A DNA stretch of 59,249 nucleotides from Trichosphaerium sp. ATCC 40318 (GCA_038496445.1 JALMLS010000581.1:1-59249); one strand, 5' to 3'; counted from the first letter of the stretch, positions 25,101-39,987 are shown. Numbers and translations: made by a program. The notes: a model not told the origin generated them from the sequence alone.

Positions 25101-28100
25101 TCATTCGTTATACCTGCAGATGCTGAGTACGGAAGTCATACCGTTACTCTGCATGGTGCCGAACAGTATTGGTATGTGCAGTACAATAGCGCTCTTTGTT
25201 CTAAGTTAATGTTTTATTTTAGGAACAGCGCATCTGTTCTTGTAGCAGATCCAAGAGTACCAACAACAAAGATGACAATCACAACCAGTGATGACTTAGT
25301 TTCTCCAAGTGGATCAGTTGATGTTAACATCAAAACTGAAACTTACACTGACCAGGTAAAATTTAGTGAAAAACTAGTTTTATGTTGTTCTAATAATATC
25401 ACTTTTAGCCAATACGTGATGCTACTGTCACAGTAGTATGGACAATCACGAAACCACAAAACTTTTGGTATTTCTATTCAACTACTGGAACTGTTATTCG
25501 TACTGGTACTTTTGATGTCACCACAGACAGACAAGGTAAACTTGACACTAGAAAAAAATTTATTAATATTTTTAGGTGAGGCTTCACATACCATCGACTT
25601 GAGTGGTATGGTAGATGTTGAGGATGGACAAAATATCAAATTCTCAGCCGAATGGTTCAGCCCTTCTAAGGAGAAACTCAGCGAAGAAGTATCTATTCTC
25701 ATCGATCACTCTAGTCATGCTCTAAATCCAACAGTAGAACCTGCAGGTACTAAAAGATAACCTAGTAACAACCAACTAACTTTTTGGGATTGTAGATCCA
25801 TTACCAGGTTTTGAGTTTGCTGTTCGTGTAGATCTTAAGCATCGAGTAACAGACGAGGATATCAACAAGAAGGTTGATATTAATCTTTACCCAATAGAAA
25901 TGTCAACAATTACCGTTGACCGAGTGACAGGTAACTCTCTTGATTTGTATACCCACCGAATTAATTTATCTCACCTCTATTAAGGTACTCCTCAAAACTT
26001 GCCATCTGCAGAGTCAAGGTGTACCGGTATCGATTCTAATAGAGCTATTCTTACCTGTAAGCTCAAGATGAATACTATACAAGCATATACCCTCATTGCA
26101 AGCGTTACGGACGACAAGGTACTAAGCAGAAAGCAAATATTTAAGTTCTTACGTTTTATAGGGTTATATTGAAAGACAAATGTTGAGCCTCGGAAAGACC
26201 CAAGATGGATGGGATAAGGAACCACTCACTGTTATGCCTAAGCCTGTTGTTACCATTGACAAAGAAATATATGAACCAGGAGACAATGTTGTTGTCAGTT
26301 TCCAAAACGCTTGGGATGTAGCACATGTGCTCACAAAGATTGGTAGCCCTGAGACGTCAGCCCTTGACAATGTTCAAGTTCAAACAATCAACGAGCAAGG
26401 CCAAATACAGTATGTATAGCATTGTAACTCGACGAATAGTTAACGACCATCCTAGGATAAATGTACCTATTCCAACCGAATGTAGTCCTTCAGGGTACAC
26501 TGTTATTGTTGCTTTAAGTATACTAATGGTCGCGTTAGTTGTTCTCTTTCTGTTATGCTTAACAAGCCTCAAAGTGCTTCTATATTATTTGATCCTGTTA
26601 TACCAACATCTCCTTTGTTTGATGATGCCTCTCCAGTGTAAGAATGACTTAAAGTAGTAGAAATAGCGACGTACTTAATGCTTTGCTACAGGGCCACCAC
26701 AACTTTCTTTAAAGTTCAAATGGATACCAAACCAAATCCTATTAATGTTGATATACAACCAGACGCCAAGATTGTAGCCCCTGGATCAAGCACTAAATTT
26801 ACAGTCAAAGTTACTGACGAAAATGTACGATTCCATTATTGCATCAGGTCTTGACTTTTTTATCAAGGGAGCTGTTTCAAACGCAGAGGTTGCTTGTATT
26901 GTTGTGAACAAAGCTGTATTGGATCTCAAGGAACACCCTAAGGTTGATTTGAACACTGCTATATCCAACGCACGCAATAGCTTTGTCACTCCAAACAAGT
27001 ACGTATTACTTTTTAGTAACTATTGGACAACAAAGCTTACCCTTTTTTCTAGCATGTTTAACAGCCGTCTTCAAGTTAGAAGTGGTAAAGCATATAACGA
27101 AGCCCGTACTGTGTTCCAAGATAGAATATCAGACGACCCTTGGCTTACGCTACAGTTTGACCTCACTCAAAACTCATACAATCAGGTACTAATCAAATCA
27201 ATGCATACTTTACCAGTCACTTACTTTTTTGGTCGTAGCTTGGACAGCCAGATTCTATTTTCTGGGAGCAATACAGGAGTTTCATGACCCCTTATCCAGT
27301 TCCATATGTCGCACAACAATATCCATTAGATGCCGTTAGCTTTGGTGGTGGAGATAAGGAAGTGCAAGCTGGAATTCCAGAAGTAACTAATGATGATGCT
27401 AATGACGCTAGCAAAACTTCTACTACTCCTGAAAAGCCTATTGTTGTTCGAAGCAACTTTGAATATACTGCTTTATTTGTAAGCAAAGTGAAAGTTGACG
27501 CAAATGGTATGGTTGTAATTGACATGCCAAACATGCCAGATAACATTGCAACATATGAAATCAGGTATGTCATACTAAATGTTACGGTATTATTTTACTG
27601 ATCGTTTGTGTTTAGAGCGTATGCTATCACACCTGAAGGTAAATTCGGTAGTGGAACAGAAGAAATTACAGCCAAAAATGCTATCAGTATCAATGCAGCG
27701 TTACCTAGAATTGTCCGTTTAGGCGATCAATTCCAAGCTGGTATGTTATTTTAATTTTGTTTTTAGTTGTTGTTTAATTTCTGTTACGCCTTAGGTATTA
27801 CTGCTACTATTGATGACACTCAATTTTCTGGAGAAATCATCGTGTCAGTTACACATACTTGCGAGGTGATTAATAATACTTAATGCTGTACTGAGCTAAT
27901 GTGACAATAGCTCTTGGCTATTCATAGTGAGAATTTCAAAACACAGACATTTACTGGTGCCGGACCTCACTTGATCAACTTCCCATTCTCAGCAAAGGGT
28001 ATTGGTGAGAGCGAGCTTAAGTTTTCTGTAAGAGCCACTGTTGGTGCAGAAGCAGCCACAGATACTGCACTGGTACGTTATTATACTAGCAAACTGAACA

Positions 28101-30483
28101 AGCGTACTAACAACTTTCTAGTACACATTGGAAGTGAAAGGACAGCAACCTGCCGTTTTTGTGGCTACCTCTATGATGCTATCTGCATCTACAGCGGCAT
28201 CTGAGAAATATATACTACCAGAAGCAGCTCCATATAGCGGAGTTCTTTCAATGAGTGCTGGAGTAGGCCGATACCTTGCAATAAACAATATGGGTTCGTT
28301 TCAACAGAAAAATCGGATAATTGTAGCTTATGCCTCTCCTAGCTGTTGATGTATACAAACAAGTTGAACGTACCACACCGTCTGCGTATGATCTTCTTGC
28401 TTGCCTCGTACCGCCAGTTCTAATGAACACATACAAAGTCAGTAACCCTGCAGCAACACAGGTATGTCCATGTTCTCTATCACGTTATTTACTATCTTCC
28501 GAAGTTAAAAACACAATGTGCGCAAAGGCTTGCGAATTATGTGCACAATGGCGCTTTGACTCTTTACCCATACACTCAATACTCATCCGATTATACAAAT
28601 GTTTATTTGAATGCATTTGCTGTTTGGTTAAACAATAGATTGATCGGACTTGGTGATACGTCTAAGCTCATCTCAGTTCAAACTGTTGAAAACTGGAAAC
28701 GAGCAATTGAGAACCAACTGTAAGTGCTAGTTTAACCTTATAATGACCAGTGTTAATAATACTTTCCTAGAACTAAAGAATATAATGAAGCAATAAGTCG
28801 CGGTGCTGAGTTCAACCAATGGGACAAACTAGCGTACGATTCTATTTTTAGTCGACTAATTGATGTTTTTGAATCTAACATGACTCTGCAGATATGTTTA
28901 CATGGCTATGGGCGCTAACTGGAGACCAGTTGAACCTGCATTGGATCTTAAAGAACTTATCACGAGAATTGATACTCTTCAAAACGATGCAAAGGTAGCA
29001 ATCGCACTTGCGTACAAACAGGACAATATTCCAAATTCCATTGTTGATGGTGTGAGCGATGTATTGTTTTCTGCGATGCATGTTCAAGTAAGCCATATTT
29101 GACTATGACTTTGATCTAACTTTATATGTTACTAGGGAAGAACCGCTTATGTCAGTACAACAGCTGGTTCATCTGCACATCTTATCGCTTCAGCGCTTTC
29201 TCTAGACTTATTTACAAAAGTAAACACAGCGGATAAGCATGCACTCGTTGAGAAACTTGCCAATTGGGTTGCTAGAGATACTGATGCTCAAGCTCCATCT
29301 TATTGGTTCTACTCTAACTCTAGATACACAGCTATGGCTATGATAGCCTTACAGGTACTAATATACAACACCGTGTCATCTAGTTGGCTGACATCCTCTG
29401 AGGCTTATGACAGCAGCACAGGAAGTACAACTCCAAACCTTGAAGTTAACGGAAGTGTCAATAGCAACAACGTCTACAGGTACTTCGGTTTTACCAATGA
29501 CATTCACTAGCATGTTATTAATACCATCTGTAGTGCTACTTTCAAGAAAGCTACTGACGTCGCTGTAACCAAGGCATTCAGTTTTGATGCACTCACCGGA
29601 GGTGTAGACTTCACGGCAAAGGTAAGAATCAATGTGTAACTGAAGTGTTGGCTATATGATTCCTTATCTTTGGTTAGGGTACTGGAGAAGCATCTGTTGT
29701 TCTTGGTATGTCATTTGTACCTAAAGATATATCCACTGAAGCAATCTACCGCGGAATACGTGTTGAAAAGATTATTCGTGTTATTGATCCTTCAACTGGT
29801 AAACCTACTGGAACTGCTGTTACTTCAGCTCCACTTGGGTCTACTGTACAAGTATCTATTCAAGTTCAAGTACCTGATGATACCTTGAATTGTATGGTTG
29901 AAGATTACCTACCAGGATGTCTTGAAGCTATCGATACAAACATTGCAGGTTCTTCAAATGAGGTGAGTGAATTCAACGCCTTAAACAGTTTAAGTTTTCT
30001 TGCTAACTGATTCTTTTCAAAGGAGTATACCCAGTTCTCTTGGTATTATAGATATTACGCTGCTTTTGGATTTAAAGAAACAAAGAAAGACAAAGTTACA
30101 TACCTTGGTTCATACTTATACGCAGGATCACATACTGTTACTTATGAAGCAGTTGTTGCTACTGAGGGTATATTTTCTTTGCCTCCAACTAAAGTAATCG
30201 ATGTTGAACAACCTGAAGTGATGGGTCTTAGTGCTGGTGGCACGTTCACAGTTGGTGCGTATTCTAGACTTTCTTTTCTTCTGGGTCATCACGTGAGCTT
30301 ACTTATCGTATAGGTTCTCATTCTTTCGGAGATACAGTAAAACCAGTAGAATGCCTTGATTTCGAACCTAAACTGCCTGATGTTGGTGTCGATATTATCC
30401 CTGATCCTACTGCTGGTAATGGCGCTGGGTCCTTACTATTTAGCTTTGTACTAGCTCTACTATTCATTGCTATGATATTGTAA
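22143..30483 (+). CDS. Bacterial-type alpha-2-macroglobulin family protein with signal peptide and probable GPI anchor; dozens of short introns
   Basis: VVFNRPVIALG...GSFRWVTT (Ig-like), TDKPFYNIGDTVH (MG2), RSNF...PDNIATYEIRAYA...LPRIVRLGD (A2M), VEDYLPGCLEAID...TYEAVVATEGIFSLPPTKV...PEVMG (MG10), and tail AGNGAGSLLFSFVLALLFIAMIL*. Confidence 0.9.
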
Positions 30484-31281
30484 TTAGCAGTATTGTTAAA
30501 TCGTCAAATGAATCTACACATTCCTTCAATAATTCACTCAATCATTGTAATTCGTAAAGTTTTTGTTTCGTACCAAAACTTTTGCTCAATGCTTAGCTCG
30601 TTGCTTTTTTTACATTTGCATGGAGTAAAAATACTTCATTTCAACCTCAGAGGCGTTCTGGAAAGTAGCCCGATAGACATTGCTAGTAAGGAATGTGCAC
30701 CTTTCCCCTTTAGACATAGACTCCCAAAAAATTACCATATTTGTTTAGCGAACCTATTATAGTAATAAAGTTGTAAAGATACAAGCGGAAGTAACCTCAC
30801 CTTGGTACAGCCAGCTGCACTTCTTTTTCATACTACGCGAAAATTGTGTTATTGGAATTTTTAAACTTTGTGTCGCTTTGGTACATTGTAGTTTTTCCGC
30901 TTATAATTTATTAGGGAAATAGAAAACGCTCGAAATAGGGTAAACAAACGTTGCATTTTGCAACAATAAATTGTGAATGGTGTTGACTTTTTGTTAGGTC
31001 TAATAAGGCTAATTACTCTCTGTATTTGCTTTATAAACGCGCAAGAGGTTGTTTTAATTGTTTGGAACAAGCTATAAACAGGTATCTACTAAAACTTTCC
31101 TATTGTAACGGAAGATTACTCAACGTGTACCTTATATTCGTTTAATAGGTATCTGCTATAGCAATACCGAAAAGTAAAATATATATAGTAAAAGACCGGC
31201 AAGGTCGGCAATGTAACGCGCAATCGTATTATTAGACACAACGACTGAATTGTAGCCATATACTTCAGTTCAAAGAGATTA

Positions 31282-34200
31282 ATGACATCGCAAACAAGCA
31301 CAGATGGTTCAGCATACGATACAGCGTTACCAGACGAAGACTCGCTCGAAACATCATGGAAAGCAAACGAGTGGTTTTACGAGGACAAAAGGGATCAAAA
31401 CACAACAAGGAAATTAACAATGGACACTATGAGCAGCGGGTACGGTTATGACAACCGCTTGCCTGAAACGAAACCATCAATGTCGTTAGCCACACTTCCC
31501 AAATTACGTCTACAGCCGTTATCCAAGCGTAGTTCAACCATATCTCCGTCTAGAGCTTATCTCCACCAACAGTCGGTTAAAAAGAGCTCTAGAATCAAAA
31601 TCACTCATAATTCACCTGAAACAGGATATTCTAGTAGAATCGGAGACCAACTTCGCTCTACAAGACGAAGTCAACGCCATACGTCTCCAACTCCTTTTGC
31701 AAAGCCAGAAACTGAATTTGACGCTGATGATCGTGAAACATTCTATTGGAATGAAGGTAAGCAAACAGGCACCACTCAGAAGATTTTTTTCAATGAATGA
31801 GCAAAGCGGCACATGTTTTTTTGCTTTTTTTCGGTTGTTAATTGTTTTCTGGTGTTAGAGTTTCAGTTGCTTCTTGAAAGACCTACTACTACACCTCAAG
31901 AGTCTAGAGCACGTTCTAGGGATATTTCTACGCTTGTTAGGTACGCTTTTTGATAGTTTTAGTAATTTTATTTCCTGTTTGCTTATTTGATGTCTAGACT
32001 CTTTCATCAGGAGGCAGAACCTATTGTAACTAAGATAGTTGAAGAGTTGCATCTTCCTTTTGAGGAGAAAACGATAAAACCGGTAATTTCAAAATAAAAT
32101 TCATTTGGATTCTAATTTCATGTGTTTAGATTAAGCTTGGCGTTGCTGGTGGCGATAAATACATAACAAACCAATTTTTTTTGAAATTTGCTAAAGAGAA
32201 CGATAAATATCGTCTATATGGTGGAGATAGATGGGCAGTGAAAGTTGCAGGACATGAGATAAGGTGAGAATACCTAGAATACCATTAAAAACAAGCTTAA
32301 GTATAACTAAATAGATCTCTCAACTTTTTAATTGCTTGTCGTGTTCCACACTTACATCTTCCATTGATGTGTGTTATATCATGCTACGGTCATTCTGTAG
32401 TGGTTATTAGCAGGTACAAAACACGCTCCTTTTTGACACTAGAGTATATCTAATAATCTTCTATTTAAGGCTACCAATAAATACTAGCACTCTTGTTTAT
32501 GGGTCTAGTGATGCTGGTAAAACTTTGCTTCATCAGCCACAATTTTCAACAATGATGCGAGAAGTTGCTCGTAAATTGAACCTTAGTGCACACACTGCTT
32601 TAGAGAGAAGTACTAGTACGTTTTTTATCAAAAACCTCTCAAAGAGCGCGAGTTCCTCACTACGTAAATTAGAGAAACAGAAGACTATTTACGGTCCAGT
32701 TGATCTGGAAGGTCATGAAGGTAAAGATGGAAGGAACTACGCGATTGATTTTGCTCGTTTGTTCCCACCAGCAACACCAATAAAAAGGTAACATTTTCTT
32801 TGTTTTTTTTGCTTTCAAATGATATCTTTGTAGCCTCCATGGATGTCACCTCTTTAGATTATTACGCCCAGAACTTGTTAGAAGTAATTCAGAACCTCTC
32901 AGTTCTGATGCTTTTACAAACTTTGGAAAAATGGATGCGCACGTTGCTAACCCGTACGCTGAAGTCTTGTTATAATTTGTGTTTTGTAACACTGTTTGTC
33001 AAGTCATGTCATGGATGCTACTGATAGGATATATGATGAAATAATACCAGACTTGGTCCAGCATAGTGCTCGTCTATGCTCAGATAACTTGAAATCAGAA
33101 CTACACGCAAAAGGTGTTAACATGCGTTATTTGGGTTATCTTCTTGTTGCTTTGAAGAAAGCCAAATCACCTCAGCACGTTATTCAAAACGTTCTCATAG
33201 GTACAGTTATTTGTTATGCTTGGTAGTTTGTTCTAAACTCTTACTTCTCAGAGATTGTTTCAAGAGCATCTAAAGGTGTATTGCATAGACGTATGAGAGA
33301 GGAAATGGCCGAAATGGATGATATTTATACAGGAATGATAGCTCTTGTTACTGAGCATTTTAATAATCTTGCCATGTCTTCCGATTGGTGGCATACATCA
33401 TTATTACAAGAGATAAAGGAACGCTTTATCTTTTGTAATGTTCATCAAGCTGGTAAATCAGCTGAGAAAGTATCACAAGAGATACTAGAGGCTGCTGAAA
33501 AAGGTCTTGGGGATGACTGGAAGGCTTACATTACTTCAGAATCACGTGTTAAGTATGTGCCAAATCCCAATTTAAAGGTTTCTTGGAGTTGCTAATAGTT
33601 GTTCACCTAGGGCAAGGCTTTTGTCTCGTGCTGCACTTTTTGCAGGTGTCAAGTTCCGTAGTAGTGTTGTAGACGCACTGAGTAGAAATCCTGAAGCGTT
33701 CTTTTTACGTAGAGACCAGCGTAAAACTTTTTTTGAACTGAACGACATTAAGCAGGTACAAATCATTTTGACACTTAATTTTCACTGAACGGAGTGTCAA
33801 ATGTGTTCACACCTTTTGGATAGATATTTAATACTGCTAAACACATTGATACAATGCCGTGGTTATCTCAGCAGTGTATTGATGATGGTCAGTATGCTGA
33901 TGCAGAAAAGTATTTCCAAAAAGAGCTTGCGAATAAGCTAGAAAGACTTGGAGAAGATCACGTTCAAGTAGCTTGGATGTATCGTTATTTGGCAGATTTA
34001 TGTTCCCGTGTAGTTGTACGTTAACTAGGATTGAACGGATAAGGTTGCTTATAACTTACAAAGGGGCGTATGGAAGATGCTGATGAGTTTTACACCAAAG
34101 CTGAGGATATTTTTGAAGAGCAGATTGGACCGAACGAGTTTGGTAATTGTATTTTTTTTTTCTCAATAGTTTTTTGACATTGCTAGATCTTGGTGATACT

Positions 34201-36155
34201 AAAGAGAGACATGGAAACTTGTGCTTAAAATATGGTAAAATAAATCAGGCTCTAGATCTTTATAAGATTGCGCTTGGTATAAAGCGTAGTCACTATGGCG
34301 AAGATAATGTTGAGGTATGATTATTTGCACTTTGTTTTTGAAATTACTTTATTTACTTGTATAAAAGGTTGCAACATTGTATGATAAGATTGGTCGCGTG
34401 AATATGTCTCAAGGTAAACTTGAAGAATCTTTGAAGAACTTTGATGAGGCTATTACAATGAAGGGAGTCTTTCTGGGCGAAGAACATTGGTAATCTCTCT
34501 TTTATTCTTTAAACCAAAAGGAGTTCTAAATTGTTTTAACCTTATTTTATAGGCTTGTTGCTGCCACTATGATTGCTAAAGCTAATCTACTCATGATGTA
34601 CAATCGCCGAAGGGAAGCGTTAGATATAGCTGACAGAGTGGATTGTATTCTCGGCAAGTGCAAAACACGGTGGCGATCGGAAGTAAGATTATTTTTCTTT
34701 ATTTTTTCCTTTTGGGTATTCCTTCTTACGAAATCTTAGATTGGAAAAGCTCTAGAAAATCTAGGGAAACTTTTTGTAATTCTTTCAGATCGTAGAAGAG
34801 CGCATATGTTATTCTGGTGCGTCACCAAACGTTTTTTTTCAGGGAGTTTTTGATTGTTTTTCTTATTCCCCTTTAGCGAAGCTTATCACATAAAGCGTCG
34901 TGCTCTTGGTAGAAATCACTCTAGTGTTGCTATCACATTGGATCACTTGACCACAAATAGGTTTGAGCTTGTAGAGAAGCATGATGCAAAGCGTGTACGA
35001 ACACAACTCGCTTTTCAATTGGAGTGATTTTATTCCATTTTTTTTCTTTTGTGTCCTTGTGCTTAATTTGTTTTTATTTAGATGCATGTATTCGAAAAAT
35101 GTAAAAAGAATTTCTCAGACGCTATTCGAATCTTGAAGTCTACTTTGGGTGAAGGTACGCGCACTAGATACTGCTTTTTGTAATACAACCTAAAATTTTT
35201 GACAAAATGATTTTTTTAGGTCATACATCAGTTGGTATAACACGGAATAATATGGGATTATTAATGATTCGTATGGGTGATTATAAACATGCTAAGAAGC
35301 ATTTTAGATTAGCCATTTCGTGCGTTTCAAACATTGAGATTTCTCTTTTTTTTTTTTGCCGATTTTTTTGTGCCGTTTAACTTTTTAAGTATGAGTTTAT
35401 TGTTTACTTAAAAATAGTATTTTTTCTACTACAAAGCATGGATGTGCTGCCATAAATGACATGCATCTCACTGAGATAATTAAAGCGAATTTAAAACGTG
35501 TTGAACAGCTCATGGGTCTCAGTGGTACGCAATCTAGATGTCTTGTTTGCCTTGCTTGAAACTATAATACTTACGCCTTAAAATAGTTAGTAAGAAGCAT
35601 AATAGCGATAAATATACAGGCGGTTATCGTGGTTTGTTCCATTCTGATACAATTCTAGATGAAGGAACAAAAGTAAGTTAACTTGGACGCCAGTTTTTTT
35701 TTTGGAATGTTGTTTGTATCTTTCTTTCTTTGTTCGTGTACCAATATTGTTTGTTTTAGCATCAAGAATTAGAAGAAGATCTATTAATTGATGATGATGA
35801 TAGTGACTCTGATATGGAAATAGAACAGTTACCACCTTTACCAAGAAAGTCTTCCTCAAAACGAAACCCAAATGTTTTGGCTCAGCCTGAACCAAAGAGT
35901 GTTTGGGCTAGTATGTTCTCTTGTATGTGTATTCCTAAATCAAAAGATAAAGGAAATCAATATAAAGCAAGTGATCATCTTAATGAGGTTGGAGACGGTG
36001 CTGTTAATAGTCTTTACAGTATTCCTTGGAAGGTACGAAATGAACTTGTTTGGCTTTCTTTCTTTTTTCTTCTTTTTTTATGAAGCTGTTACTTACTTCT
36101 TACAAAGGCGAATGATGCTTCAGATGCTGGGTTTAACAAGCAAATGTTAACGTGA
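31282..36155 (+). CDS. Clu-domain + TPR repeat protein (clustered-mitochondria-related family)
   Basis: GVAGGDKY, AVKVAGHE, LPLMCVI, LVYGSSDAG, YGPVDLEGHEGKDGRNYAIDFARLFPP, LLRPELV, LHAKGVNMRYLG, then kinesin-light-chain-type TPRs (LGEDHVQVA, YGEDNVEVA, LGEEH). Confidence 0.85.
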
Positions 36156-36834
36156 TGTATTATACATATACATAATGTATATTTCATGTAGGTGAGTGAT
36201 AATAAGAGAAAAAACATGTAAAAAAAACAATTGTACACTAAAGAATAATAAAAAAGATTCTAAATCATCCAGGTTGTTTTACACCATCATAGTTAACGCC
36301 ACTTCACATCCCATATGACTTACGTTCGCCATGTTGTTTACCATTAACCCCACGCACTGGTTCAAGAGGTTAGACTAGGCTGCTCATATTTCACATGTAG
36401 CTAGTCGCTACAATCTAACTACCATACACAATTTTGCTGTTTGGGGAGTTTTGGAGTACTGTTGGCAATATTTGATGCTGCGTTGAGTTTTGGTAATGAC
36501 CAAGAACGTATTGTTGCTTATTGTCAGATTCACAGCAATAGGAAAAAAAGTCACCCGAGAATTGTCATGACTTTTGTGCCTTCAGTTCCTATTATCATAA
36601 CACGCCTAGCAGTGGCCCAACACCTAAAAATGTCTAACTATGTCGTCGAAGAAGAGATCATACTTGTGCATAGGCAAACAGTACGAGAAGTTGGACCAAC
36701 AACGACGTACTCTCATGTTTTGTAAACAAAGATTGTGACTAACGGTTTAAAGTAACAGCCATGGCACTGTCATTCTGATAAACGAAAAACCTCCTCCTTG
36801 TATGCTTCTTACATACCACGTGACTTTATGTTTC

Positions 36835-38386
36835 ATGGTATTGGCTATAATAATAGGGGCAGTGCTGGTTACCGTTGCAGCATTTTCCACGGCATCTTGT
36901 GTTATTATTTCAGGTAAAAGCGTTCAGACTTATTCGAATAAATATTGTACCACCTCATGTTCTGTTCGTAGGTTCCCACTACGACACAATAGCTGTTAAT
37001 CCATACACTGGAGACAAGTACTTTGACACTAATGAAGTCAACCTGGTAATAAACGATGAAATATATACACGCAAGCTAGTGCGTTGAGCGCTATTGGGCA
37101 ACTCTGAGCTGTTTTTTTTATGTCAAAATAGGGAGAATACAAATTCGACCAATATGAGCTTAAAAAAAAGTCTGCGAATAACTTCCTTTGGGATCCGTTA
37201 AATCATCAGTTGGTGCGGTATTTTCTTTAACTTTAGAAATATTTTAAGTACACACGTGGTCCCCACGTGTTTCAATGCACAATACCATTCGCCAAAAGCT
37301 CGGTATTTTTCTTTGTTGTTTACTAACGACTTGTAGACATATGTAGAGTGTCATGACTATTTTTCTAGCTTTATGGTTATACACGATTCTGTATACTGCG
37401 TTGATTACAAAAAAGAGGAAGGATTCAGATTCTTTATGGTACCCAAGCAATACAACATGTTCGCTGTTGTAAACTTACTTTTTCATAGCTGTACAATTCA
37501 ACATCAACTGACTGGCAAGTCCGTAAAGTAACTAATACAACAGAACCTGATGAGTTCACAGACATATACTATTCGGGGTATACAAGCAATACACTCTATA
37601 TAATAGGTGTAACAAGGCCAAGATATGTATTGTCAATATACAACCTCTCAAATGGTGAGACTTCTTTTAAACGTTATGTTCACATTTTGTTCTCTAAGAT
37701 ACATGGAGCCCTGCTAAACCATTGTTCCCTTCCGATGATCAATTTTCTTTTGTTTCCATTGCTAGCACAGATGATCGCGTATTTATACTGTATAAACAAG
37801 ACAAACTGACAAGAATGGCACTTCTAGATGATGAACATAAGCTAAGTACTTTCTTTGGTGTAGTACCAAATGTTACAGCTCAGATAGCTGCCCATCCAGG
37901 TTCGCAAAATAAGAGATATTCGTAGTAACTTGCTATCATAATAGACAATAATACACTCTTCTTTGTTTACCAGAATTCGTATAGCTTTGTGGAGTACAAT
38001 CTGGAGAGTAAGTCACTGTTTTTTTCAATTGATTCACGTGCACAAATGATTGTTGTCCTAGATATGACTTTTGATGTTCGTCAAGAGGTTAATCTTGGTA
38101 AAGTAAATACCGGGCATTCAATATTTTATGTACCAACATGCTGTACGCAAGGACGCTCCACTCTGGAGCACCGGAGTTGTTTTTTTTTTCTTCTTTTTTT
38201 TTGCAAATTAAGTATTTACTAGCGAACATTGGATGGTCTACTGAAGTCATCAAAGGCTGTGGATCATTGACAGGCATATTTTTGTTACTAACAATATACT
38301 TTATCATAAAAAACAAATGCTACAAGAGCCATGCATGTAATTGCTTTGGTTTTAAACTAAAGTACCAGCACTACCAAACAGTGTAG
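36835..38386 (+). CDS. Secreted or type-I membrane beta-rich protein, unknown function
   Basis: Hydrophobic leader MVLAIIIGAVLVTVAAFSTASC, beta-strand-rich exons and a probable C-terminal TM (LTGIFLLLTIYFII). Confidence 0.5.
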
Positions 38387-38503
38387 AATTAAAAGCGCAT
38401 TTTATGACAGTTTTTGTAAAAGAGAAACGAGCCTAACCTCAATTCTCTGGCAACTTTTGGGAGATTGGAATAAAAATGTTACAGTACATATTATCTGTAA
38501 GGA

Positions 38504-39951
38504 AATTTAAGCCATTTTCCACACTATTTTCGCTTTGTCCACTTTCTACAAACTCGAAGGAAGGTTCTCGTGCGTACCTATACAATTTGTACTGTAAATA
38601 AGTAGATTACCCATTTCACCAATAACGCAACAAATTGAATCCAGGCGCTTGTGTGCTCTCTGCTACGCCAAAAAGACCCAATTTTGTCATTTGTATTTGT
38701 AAATATCTCGAACTAGTCTAAAAAATTTAGCATTGAATTCAACAACTCCAGAAGAAGTGTTTATGTTTCGTATACTTGGTTCGCTTTCTTTATTACTTAT
38801 ATTCTCGCGGTACACATCATGTATTAACATACGAAATTATACTAGCGCTGTAAGCTACTGTGAAAATAGGCACGTGATAAATTTGTTAAATGATTTCTTT
38901 GCTAATATTGTTTTGAAGAGGTCAAATGTTACCAGAAATCCTCGATAAGACCGATTTCGACAAGTGGAATAATGTGACTCAGTCGTTTGGAGGTGCCAGC
39001 CTTTGGTTGAATGCGCGCTTTGATATAAATGCAACTGACACAATGGTTGTATGCGAAAATTGCTACAAAACTAATACAGATTGTGAAAGTTGCGAGATTG
39101 TATTATCATCATTCAGATGGCAAGCAAGCGGAAAAAGTATATTATCAAGTGACTTGTTTCAATCTGATGCCAAAGGGAATGCTTCATTTTTTATAAACGA
39201 ATTTTTTATTACTAATCCGGATTTTGGTAATTCTCAGAAATGTCTTCAGATGCGTAGCACAGGTAGTGGTTCTATTGATTTTGTAGTAGTCTAACTTTCT
39301 TTGTAGGTTTGAATGACATTCCCTGTGATGAAAGACCCCAAACACAAGTTTCGTGTATCAACAAAACAACACTTGATTCACCAACAATAGCAATTGGTGA
39401 TTCACCAACAATAGCAATTGATGTTGTTGAAATTGATGGAACTTTTTCTGTAATTGGAATAATTTACAGTACACCTGGTACAACACTTCTGATATTGATA
39501 AGTTAAATTGATGAAGTGATTTAGGAGATATTCTGTTTTTGGATAATACTGTGATTTTGGTGGATTCAAACTCTTCAATCTCAATAGGAGGATGTCCTAT
39601 CTTCAACAAGAATGTTGTCATTGACACAACCGCAATAGAAAAAACTGATTCGTTTACTTTGATTAACTTCCGAGAAGACTGCGAGATCGACATAGACAAC
39701 ATATCCCTAAGAACAGATAAAGCTAATGCGTGTTTCACTCAAAGTACACTCTTTAAACCTTTGGTTCATGTATCTCTTACTTTTTTTTTACAATAGCAAG
39801 TGGAAAGTTGATCATCTTGTTTTCTTCATCATGTGTAGCTCAATCAAGCACCTCAGATTTTCCGATAGTCCCTGTAGTCATTGCAATAGTAGCGATTGTT
39901 CTTATTGTGATTGTGATACTATTGTTAACGTTAATTATACCTCCATGGCGT
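38504..39951. repeat. Inverted segmental duplication, arm 1 (pairs with 48330-49800)
   Basis: Long near-identical reverse-complement match covering upstream region, exons and introns. Confidence 0.95.
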
Positions 39952-39987
39952 GTTTTTCGGCGTTTACAGCTTAAGCAGGTTCAATAA
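38763..39987 (+). CDS. C-type lectin-domain type-I membrane protein, copy A
   Basis: Signal peptide; AVSYCENR|GQMLPEI...LWLNA...FRWQASG...QKCLQM...GLNDIPCD...SC; stalk; TM VPVVIAIVAIVLIVIVILLLTLII; short tail. Confidence 0.75.

Noticed and set aside
39374-39421. Short tandem repeats (DSPTIAI x2; KGPRALP x2 near 40720-40762) as CRISPR-like or mobile repeats
   Set aside because: In-frame two-copy coding duplications without spacers.
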